Shown here: positions 17,430-25,490 of the stretch, piece by piece
Numbering within the stretch: position 1 is the first letter of the stretch
Layout of the letters: each line of letters begins with the position of its first letter
DNA from: Promethearchaeota archaeon
GTDB lineage: Archaea > Asgardarchaeota > Hermodarchaeia > Hermodarchaeales > Hermodarchaeaceae
Length of the DNA stretch: 32,000 nt
Direction: 5' to 3'
Assembly: GCA_048938295.1 (NCBI GenBank)
Contig: JBHLMI010000001.1
Coordinates: forward strand, 29,449 to 61,448
The notes under the pieces: generated by a model
The model's database searches: none
Told to the model about the DNA's origin: nothing
The model's input: the letters and a program-made list of their open reading frames with translations, nothing else
Translations under genes and position numbers: made by a program

Positions 17430-20400
17430 GTGCAGGTTGTGAAGCTAGGCAAACTCGAATTAGCAGTCGTCATATCGTTCTTTTTAGTTATGATACTCTC
17501 CTCTTCAGGGGTTAACCTCCCTCTTGTTGTGAGTGCAGCTCCAGATCCCTATCAGGGATCAGGTGGAGATATTGACATTTATGAGTTTGCTCGCAACGAT
17601 AGCCTTACTTTCAAGAATGGTGTTAATGACACTGCGTTCAGCTACCTGGCTAGCCGGTATCCTTCAAACCCCTCCCCATATTTCGGGTACCGACTCCATA
17701 GCGAAGTAAGCAACCTATTCCAAATCGAAGATCCAGTTCCAAATGGTGAGTTTTCGCAAACGGAGCCAGGAACAGCCTGGGTTGAAACATTAAACACCCG
17801 TGGCCTCGTCGAAGCATGGGGTAATACGACCGGGGGCAACCCCGATGATTGTCTGGAAATTAATCTTGACTTTAAACATGATTTCGATGCTTCTGCAGAA
17901 GCCAATTACGATAATGTGTTTTCCTATACGTCCGATAAACAACCGTTTAACTCCACCCTCGAATTCGATATCAAATATTCCGGGGATATCACAAAGAAAA
18001 CTGAGTTAGAAATCAAGGTTGCCCTCATTTATCATACATCAGAAATTGGGAGCTGGTCCGCAACCACAGACGCCTACCACCCCACAAGCTGGTCTCCTCA
18101 AAGCTTCAGTACCGCACCCGTGAATGGCACAGTAACACTGAGAATCTTCATCATCTACACTGGTGGAAAGAAGAACGACTTGGACGGAAACGTCTATTTC
18201 GATAACTTCCAGTATCGAATTTTGACGCAACGTAGCCCCACTGAAGTGTCCCTCACCCTAAATAACACCGCTTTTCTCGATACAGGCATTGCTCAAGGCC
18301 ACGTTGACGTTTACGCCGATACTCCGAACAAGGAACAAGCTCTCATCGGTAACTGTTGGTCAACTACCCAACTCTTTCAATTCTATTCCTCACACGAGTT
18401 AGCCTTCGACTATTCATATTCGATGTATATCAAAACAGAAAACACCGATGCTGCTTCCACCACCTTCACTGCCCCCGTGGACACAGATCCCACATGGGAA
18501 ATTACCTACACCACTCCCTCACCACTACCACCAACCGGCTATAGTGGATACACCTTTGGGCTATTTCTTCAAACGGGCTGGTTTCTCACCTCAGTTGAAA
18601 ACGACACAGGAGACACAATCTCTGAGTATGAATTTAACATTACCAGCCGATTCATTTGGCTAGATGAGGGGATCGCTGGTCCAAACGAGGATTTCTCGAT
18701 TTTTGCCTCAAGCACTAACTATGTACAGGCCATTTATCCTCAAATCAGCGCAACAGGAACTGGAGGCTGGACAAACCTCTCATCAGGTGAATACTACGTC
18801 AAAGGCGATTATCTGCGCATCATGGCCAAAATCCAAACCTTAGACCCAGTCACCAACATCGCCAATATCACTGTATTCTTCCCCAATGATACCAAGTGGC
18901 AGAGTGATGCCACCCCGGACTTCTTTCTCGCAAATGATACGATAGTTAGCGCGCCTTGGCTGGTTTCCTCGATTGATCCCATTGATGCTGGAAGCGAATG
19001 GCACGTTACTGTTTCCTATAACTCCCCAAATCAATGCGGAATGCGAGAACAAGCGATTTCCATCGTCATTGAAACCACCGCTACCAAAGTCACTCCACCT
19101 GATGGTACCCGCGTTATTTCTGGCGACACCGTGACAGTTGAAGTGTTCTGGGAAAATCTAGACACAAGTGCACCAATCACTGATGCAACGGCCCGTATCC
19201 GCTATCTAGACCGTAACATGCAAGTCCAAACCGTCGGCATGACCGCCGATGGCCTAGGAGGTTATTCTTTGATCTATTTTTCCACCAGTCTAATGCGACC
19301 CAGTACCACAGCCACATTCGGCGTTGAACTCTTCCGATATGGGTACGTTAACGCCAGCTACAGTGAGGGCACCCAAATAGACTTCACAATCAATCTTGTC
19401 AATAATATCAACTATGTGATGATCAAACCTACCCAACAAACCGGTCCAGATGAATTCACCGCAGAAACCTCCCGATCCCAGGGATATACTACCCTTGTCA
19501 AATTCTATGATCCCTTCCAATCCGCCTATGTGCTGAACGAGACGTCTCTATGGCCAAAGGTGCTGGTACAATTTGACTACTACGAAGATACGGGTTCAGG
19601 ATTCGGCTCATCTCTGTATTCGGGCAGTTTCAGCGAAAATGCCACAACACGCACTTTCTACAAAGATGAAACCTTTGGCCCAACCGTTCAACGTGTGAAG
19701 TACGTAGTTACGATGCGAATTGAAGACGCCTCCTGGGAATTTGAACAACAAAATTTCACGATAATTATTAACGTCGTCTCGTGGGCGACAAATCTGGATG
19801 CAGTTCGGACAAGTATCGCCTATCCACCATCTGGTACAGGTGATGGCTGGACTGCGTATAATAACGTCACAGACACTTATGAAGTGCATTTGTATTGGGA
19901 TGAGAGCTTCACCATCACCGTCTATTACGAGAACCTCAGCAGCATTCCTACTCCAGAAGGAATTGAATCGGCAACCGTCAGAATTCTAATCGACGAAACC
20001 CTGTATCCGCTAACGGAAATGGGTAACGGGAACTATTCGTATACCCTCAATACGAATTCCTATTCTGTTGGCATCTTGGATTTGTATGTGAATGCCACCT
20101 TTCTTGATCATGCATCACAGACGATTCGCATTCGCCTAATCATTAATGCACGTACCACTCAACTGGTGAGTGATTATCTTCCCACCACCAAGGATATTCC
20201 TTATGATAGCGATTTCTCGGTGCTATTCACATTCACTGATGAAGTCTCATCCTCAGTTCCAATCACAAACGCCGTGGTGTCAGTAACTGGATACGTTTCA
20301 GGTAAATATTCCATCACCAATCATGGTGATGGCACCTATACGATCACATTTGAGGGGGATATCACAGAAGGAGCCTATTACGTTACGATTTTGTTTGAAC

Positions 20401-23400
20401 GGACCAATTATGCAAGCAAGTCCAAATACTATGAGATTACCGTACGTCCAATTCATACCGGCAGCTGGGCCTCGGCGGAAAATCCGTCCGTTCCATGGGG
20501 CACCACAGTTGTCATTACCCTGCAGTATAATGATACAGATAACGGGTCTCTGGGCATTCCTGGAGCAACAATCGCGTTCTCCTGGATGGATAACATTGAA
20601 GGCGTTGACTATTGGCTAACAGATAACAGCGATGGCACATATACGATTACCTTAGCCACATCCAAGGTGGCTTATGGAACTCAAGGCTATACTGTTTCGT
20701 TCACGCTATCGAAAACCCATTATGACTCTGACCAAATCGACGTATCATTTCAGGTGCGCGACATTCTCACCACACTGTTCATCGTCGACACGCTTGTCAT
20801 GGGAACAACCACAACCTCTGTGCCTTGGGGTGAAACGCTTACCCTTATTCTGCATTTCAATGATACTGAAAATGGCCTACACATCCCAGCTGCGAGTATT
20901 TCCTGTAACTGGGATCCAGGCTATTGGGACGTCATTTACAATGGCACCGACCACGCATATTATCTGACAATCTATACTGATAACACCATTGAGGGTGGCC
21001 ACGTAATCCAAATCTATGCATCAAAAATCCATTACGTCAATGGGTTTAATATCCAAAGCTTTGTCGTTCGAGAAATTCAAACCAGCCTTTCTGCTATCCC
21101 CTCCTACGTTGCTTCTTGGCCCTGGGGAGATAATCTTACGATCCAACTCACCTACCAAGATTTAGATCATGGCGGTACTTTCATTCCCTACGCTACTACC
21201 ACAACTGATTGGAATGCTGGATTTTACACCTTCTATGATTATGGTAACGGAACCTACCTGTTGGTGCTGAATACTACCTGCCGAGTCATTGGTCAACATT
21301 CTATTCAAATCACACTCAGTGAATCACTTCTAAGCCCACATTATGCAGAAAGAACACTGACCCTTTTAGTAAAGCTTGATCCCATTCCGCTTATCGTTAC
21401 AGTTCAAAGTCCACCCGGTGGTCAAAATATAACCAGCTATAACGATCTTCAAATCCTAACCGTAAATGTCACCGACCACCTCGGTCGGCCCATAAACGAT
21501 GCCACCACCGTCTACGAATGGGCAGGCCGCAATAATGTAACCATGACGTTCCTTGGAAACGGAATATACACATTTTCCTTTTTGGCAAATGCAACGCCAG
21601 GAAGTTGGATTGTTACCATCATAGCATCGAATTTACCTAATTATCGCGATGGTTCATCCTCTATTGTTTTAACAATTAAAGCAACTGAGACGAAGCTTGT
21701 TGCCATCACCTTAACCCCTGTCAATGCGGTGGCCAATACGAGTTTCATTTTTACTGTGAATTTTACCACGCTCAATGGTCAACCCATTGAAGGTGCTGTT
21801 GTCACATTCTCGTTAGGTCCACACAATGGCTTCCTATTAGCTATTAGTCCAGGAATCTACGAGGCTACAATCCCCACAACCAACCTAGGCGCTGGCCAAT
21901 ACACGCTTTATGTCAGCGCAAGTAAAGCTACAATGGAAACCAAATGGAATGAATTCCCTGTCTTTCTTACCAAGATTCCTTGTAGCCTTGAACCCGAAGT
22001 ATCTTTTCTGAACGTAGACTGGGGTCATAACTTCACAATCAATGTGTACTTCAATGACACCCACAATAACCTCCCTATTGATGCCGCAAATATCATCTAC
22101 AACTGGGAAACTCTAAACGGCTCACTCGTCGCAAACGGAACTGCAGGTTGGTACACCATCACGCTCCCCAGCACTGTTTATCCTGCGGACTCCTTCTATT
22201 CGGTAACCTTCACTGTAGACCACGCAGGCTATCAGTACAGCCTTGCTGTTGTGACAGTAAACATTCGCCGGCAAAGCACTGACTTAGTGCTCACCCAAGC
22301 AGAAGCCCATTACCAAACCATCACTCGACAACTCAATACCACCCCCTGGGACATACCCTGGAGCGACACCTTAGTCTTATCCTTCAATTATACCGACGGA
22401 GATGGAATCAGTATAGCCAATGCCATCGGAGCCTATACCTGGGAATTAGGCTCAGGTACCCTCCAATTCATCGAAGGTCTCTATGTATGTCAAATCAATT
22501 TTACTGGGGTAAGTGGTATCTACGGGCTGCAAGTTATTATTAGCAAACAAAACTACGATAAAGGCATATCTGAAATTTACACATTAAATATAACCAGATC
22601 CCTGACTGAAATAGCCTTTATTGAAGGGCCTCCCCCCACAGTAACAGCCGGAACCCCTTTCCAAATCACAATCCGTGTTACCGATTACTATCATAATCGT
22701 TCTATCCCAGGTGCCAATGTTTCTGTTGAGATACTTGAATATGGTCAACATTTCACTATGTACGACAACCAAGATGGTACATACTCAATCATGTTAACCC
22801 TCCCTCAACCTAATGTCTATCATCTCATGTTTTATGTTGAAGTGGATGTTCGGTTCGAAACTGGACGGTTGGGTCCAATTCAGGTTGTGGCTCTTACTAG
22901 TCCAATCATACAGAATACCATCAACGGAGCTGCAATAATCGCTGTTATTGGAATTATTGTCATCGCTGTCTGGTTTGCGTACACGCGGGTTTTCTCGGTA
23001 CCTTGGCTCGTTCGAAAGATGCGGAAAATGTCACAGGCAATTGGTAAAGGTCGAACTCCCAGTTTGTCCAAGGTTGATGTTGCGAAAATTACTAGTCGAC
23101 CTGATCTATTACACGACATGACAACGCCTGCCTACCGAAGTATTGGTCTCGCAGCCAGCACAATCGTAATTCCTGTTGAAATCGATTGGGCTGAAAAAGA
23201 AGCCGAAGATGAGGCTATTTGGTCAGAACTGAAAAACCTGCCGTTCATCGAATATGCGCAGAAATTAGAGCTCTTTCAGCAAATGAAGCAGCTTCCCCCT
23301 GGTGAACGTGTATGGTTTATCGAAGATCTCCGGAAACAAATGACCGATGGAACCCGATTTGATCGGAAGTCAAAGGAGCCCGAAATTAGCGAAGATTTAG

Positions 23401-23729
23401 AAAAACTATTGCGGGCCCGGTTAGCCCTATTCCCTGCCCTAAGTGACCTTGAAAAAACCCGAATTGCGGCGCAGCTGCGAAAAATGCCCAAAGAGGACTG
23501 GGACGAAATCTTTGACACTCTCGCCATTTCTCAGGTCTCTAGGGAAGACCTTGAGCCAGAGATTCTCCGTCCTGATGAATTCCCGTCACTCACAGAGGAA
23601 GAACGTCGAAAGATACTGGAACAAATTGAGGGTTTGACTGACGAAGAACGCGAAAAAGTACTCAAAACCTTCCGTGAAAAACACGATAAACCCAAATCGA
23701 AAGGGAAGAAAGAGGAAACGAAGGATTAG
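17430..23729 (+). CDS. Giant single-pass surface protein 3: signal peptide, jelly-roll/CBM-like head in a conserved core, about 12 Ig-like repeats, TM helix, cytoplasmic tail with 3 helical repeats
   Basis: NGEF...W...YFDNF hallmarks; repeats with DNSDGTY, NHGDGTY, DNQDGTY and YGNGTY turns; TM AAIIAVIGIIVIAVWFAY plus PWLVRKMRKM; collinear with protein 2. Confidence 0.85.
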   Translation: MQVVKLGKLELAVVISFFLVMILSSSGVNLPLVVSAAPDPYQGSGGDIDIYEFARNDSLTFKNGVNDTAFSYLASRYPSNPSPYFGYRLHSEVSNLFQIEDPVPNGEFSQTEPGTAWVETLNTRGLVEAWGNTTGGNPDDCLEINLDFKHDFDASAEANYDNVFSYTSDKQPFNSTLEFDIKYSGDITKKTELEIKVALIYHTSEIGSWSATTDAYHPTSWSPQSFSTAPVNGTVTLRIFIIYTGGKKNDLDGNVYFDNFQYRILTQRSPTEVSLTLNNTAFLDTGIAQGHVDVYADTPNKEQALIGNCWSTTQLFQFYSSHELAFDYSYSMYIKTENTDAASTTFTAPVDTDPTWEITYTTPSPLPPTGYSGYTFGLFLQTGWFLTSVENDTGDTISEYEFNITSRFIWLDEGIAGPNEDFSIFASSTNYVQAIYPQISATGTGGWTNLSSGEYYVKGDYLRIMAKIQTLDPVTNIANITVFFPNDTKWQSDATPDFFLANDTIVSAPWLVSSIDPIDAGSEWHVTVSYNSPNQCGMREQAISIVIETTATKVTPPDGTRVISGDTVTVEVFWENLDTSAPITDATARIRYLDRNMQVQTVGMTADGLGGYSLIYFSTSLMRPSTTATFGVELFRYGYVNASYSEGTQIDFTINLVNNINYVMIKPTQQTGPDEFTAETSRSQGYTTLVKFYDPFQSAYVLNETSLWPKVLVQFDYYEDTGSGFGSSLYSGSFSENATTRTFYKDETFGPTVQRVKYVVTMRIEDASWEFEQQNFTIIINVVSWATNLDAVRTSIAYPPSGTGDGWTAYNNVTDTYEVHLYWDESFTITVYYENLSSIPTPEGIESATVRILIDETLYPLTEMGNGNYSYTLNTNSYSVGILDLYVNATFLDHASQTIRIRLIINARTTQLVSDYLPTTKDIPYDSDFSVLFTFTDEVSSSVPITNAVVSVTGYVSGKYSITNHGDGTYTITFEGDITEGAYYVTILFERTNYASKSKYYEITVRPIHTGSWASAENPSVPWGTTVVITLQYNDTDNGSLGIPGATIAFSWMDNIEGVDYWLTDNSDGTYTITLATSKVAYGTQGYTVSFTLSKTHYDSDQIDVSFQVRDILTTLFIVDTLVMGTTTTSVPWGETLTLILHFNDTENGLHIPAASISCNWDPGYWDVIYNGTDHAYYLTIYTDNTIEGGHVIQIYASKIHYVNGFNIQSFVVREIQTSLSAIPSYVASWPWGDNLTIQLTYQDLDHGGTFIPYATTTTDWNAGFYTFYDYGNGTYLLVLNTTCRVIGQHSIQITLSESLLSPHYAERTLTLLVKLDPIPLIVTVQSPPGGQNITSYNDLQILTVNVTDHLGRPINDATTVYEWAGRNNVTMTFLGNGIYTFSFLANATPGSWIVTIIASNLPNYRDGSSSIVLTIKATETKLVAITLTPVNAVANTSFIFTVNFTTLNGQPIEGAVVTFSLGPHNGFLLAISPGIYEATIPTTNLGAGQYTLYVSASKATMETKWNEFPVFLTKIPCSLEPEVSFLNVDWGHNFTINVYFNDTHNNLPIDAANIIYNWETLNGSLVANGTAGWYTITLPSTVYPADSFYSVTFTVDHAGYQYSLAVVTVNIRRQSTDLVLTQAEAHYQTITRQLNTTPWDIPWSDTLVLSFNYTDGDGISIANAIGAYTWELGSGTLQFIEGLYVCQINFTGVSGIYGLQVIISKQNYDKGISEIYTLNITRSLTEIAFIEGPPPTVTAGTPFQITIRVTDYYHNRSIPGANVSVEILEYGQHFTMYDNQDGTYSIMLTLPQPNVYHLMFYVEVDVRFETGRLGPIQVVALTSPIIQNTINGAAIIAVIGIIVIAVWFAYTRVFSVPWLVRKMRKMSQAIGKGRTPSLSKVDVAKITSRPDLLHDMTTPAYRSIGLAASTIVIPVEIDWAEKEAEDEAIWSELKNLPFIEYAQKLELFQQMKQLPPGERVWFIEDLRKQMTDGTRFDRKSKEPEISEDLEKLLRARLALFPALSDLEKTRIAAQLRKMPKEDWDEIFDTLAISQVSREDLEPEILRPDEFPSLTEEERRKILEQIEGLTDEEREKVLKTFREKHDKPKSKGKKEETKD

Positions 23730-23871
23730 TTCAACGGCGGAGAAAAGCCAAAGAAATAGCTCCTGGTATCGATGGTATCACGGATTCTCTTTCAACGAAT
23801 GACCGGTAACACTATTAGGTGGCGCTTCCTGCGTATGTTGTCCGAGATAACATACTCTTTGGTGGCAAGCC

Positions 23872-24639
23872 ATGACGAACCCTAATAACAGTACGTTGAT
23901 GTTGAACCTCATTAAAGAGCGTCACGCAATCCGCGACTTTAAGACCAACCAACCGGTTAGTGATGACCTCCTTTACAAGATTATTGAAGCCGGTGGGTAT
24001 GCTCCGAGTGCTGAAAATCAACAACCCTGGCGTGTAATCATTGTTCGAGACAGAGCCAAACAGCGTCGCATTGGTGAATTAGCGGTATTGCGGGCCATTG
24101 AACTCTTTGGTCGCATCACTCCGCGTCAAGAAATCGAGCGGCGTCTTGGGTACGTAGAAGCATTACCGAGTCGGGAGCGGACCATCGACTGGCTTATCAC
24201 GGGTAGACGATTTGAATATATCAAAGGCGAGCCCGAAACTGATGGGACCCCGATTCTCCTCGTGTTAGTTGTCGAATCGACCCACGTGGGTAATTCACAG
24301 CCCACCCTTCGAGGAACAGGTGGGGTCTATGGGTGGAGCAGCTTGCGCCATTCCATCATTGCCGGGAGTATGTTCCTCCAAAACTGCTGGCTTGCCGCTA
24401 CAGCCCTAGGTTTGGGGGCCTGTGTGTCGAGTGTACAATTGGATCACTACGATGATGTCCGTGAGATATCTGAGCTGCTTAACATTCCACAGCCCCATTG
24501 GACGCCCATCATGTGTCTTGCCATTGGCTATCCCAAATTTCCCCGAACTCGTGGGCCACCTCGCCAGGCGCCGGAAGAAATCACCTATGTCGACTCATGG
24601 GGACAGAACTGGCAACCCAAAAAGAAATCCAGCACATAA
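23872..24639 (+). CDS. Nitroreductase-family flavoprotein
   Basis: IKERHAIRDF...IIEAGGYAPSAENQQPWRVIIVRD; QNCWLAATALGLGAC; LAIGYP. Confidence 0.92.
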   Translation: MTNPNNSTLMLNLIKERHAIRDFKTNQPVSDDLLYKIIEAGGYAPSAENQQPWRVIIVRDRAKQRRIGELAVLRAIELFGRITPRQEIERRLGYVEALPSRERTIDWLITGRRFEYIKGEPETDGTPILLVLVVESTHVGNSQPTLRGTGGVYGWSSLRHSIIAGSMFLQNCWLAATALGLGACVSSVQLDHYDDVREISELLNIPQPHWTPIMCLAIGYPKFPRTRGPPRQAPEEITYVDSWGQNWQPKKKSST

Positions 24640-24655
24640 CTGAGGGAACAAATCG

Positions 24656-25198
24656 ATGGATCAGTTCAAAACATTACAGGAATTCATTATCGCGTGGATG
24701 GATGAACTCTGGTGGAGCATGCGCGACCGCGTCGGTGCGCTCTCCATGATAGATATTCTACAAAGCTCATGGAAAGCTGCGGGACAGAAAGTTGGGGCAA
24801 TTGGAAAAACAGAGGGGCTCCCTATCCTCAACACCGTTGAAGAAGCCCATTCGATATTCGGACGAACCGTCAACGTGAATAATAATACAGTTCGTGTTAC
24901 CACCTGTCCTATTTGGGATAGAATTCTGGCGGGCAAGCTGGAATATGGGCTCCGCTGTGAGGAATTCGTCTGTGCCCCTTATCTCTCTGGTATCAAAGAT
25001 GCAATGAGTGCGAAAGAAGCCACTGTTGAAACCAATCTCCGCTTAGCTCATGTTGCTCGGGTCCGATTAGAATACAAGCTAAACAAACTGAAATCAGCAA
25101 GTGCTTCAGATCCACAGGTTAAAGCTCAGATAGCTGAACTCAAAATGCAGCTCGATCAATTGCCCACTGAACCGGCTTGTATTTTCCACGTGAAATAA
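24656..25198 (+). CDS. Hypothetical Cys-rich protein, probable V4R/H-NOX-like fold with a coiled-coil insert
   Basis: VRVTTCP...RCEEFVC...ACIFHVK four-Cys pattern; 16 nt after the nitroreductase, with a GAGGGA SD-like motif. Confidence 0.55.
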   Translation: MDQFKTLQEFIIAWMDELWWSMRDRVGALSMIDILQSSWKAAGQKVGAIGKTEGLPILNTVEEAHSIFGRTVNVNNNTVRVTTCPIWDRILAGKLEYGLRCEEFVCAPYLSGIKDAMSAKEATVETNLRLAHVARVRLEYKLNKLKSASASDPQVKAQIAELKMQLDQLPTEPACIFHVK

Positions 25199-25490
25199 CA
25201 GAACTCCAAACCAGTCTATTTCGTTCCTTCAAGGATCGGTTTTGCCATCGCAAGTAACTCCTCTTCACTCAGATCTGCTTTCAAGGGGCTAAACTCTTTT
25301 TTACACTAATCACGCTCATCTGCCTCCAACTGTTAGCTACCTACTCAGCAGTTCATCCTCGTCCTTTATTTTTCTTGAAACGCGAGAAATCGAAGAAACT
25401 ATGGCAACTCAAATTGCGAATGGTTATTAAGTGAAACTTGCCAAAGGCGACTCACTATCCTAATGCGTTTTCTCAAACTCGGTGTCACGG

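Noticed and set aside
7976-23729. Calling the surface proteins integrins, cadherins or filamins
   Set aside because: No FG-GAP, cadherin Ca-binding (DxNDN, LDRE) or actin-binding CH motifs were seen; DNGDGTY turns are shared by many prokaryotic Ig-like domains.
25216-25410. Protein-like fragments on the minus strand (CKKEFSPLKADLSEEELLAMAKPILEGTK; VAIVSSISRVSRKIKDEDELLSR) as a pseudogene
   Set aside because: The fragments are short, broken by stops, and lack a clear start or recognisable family; they cannot be supported without a homology search.
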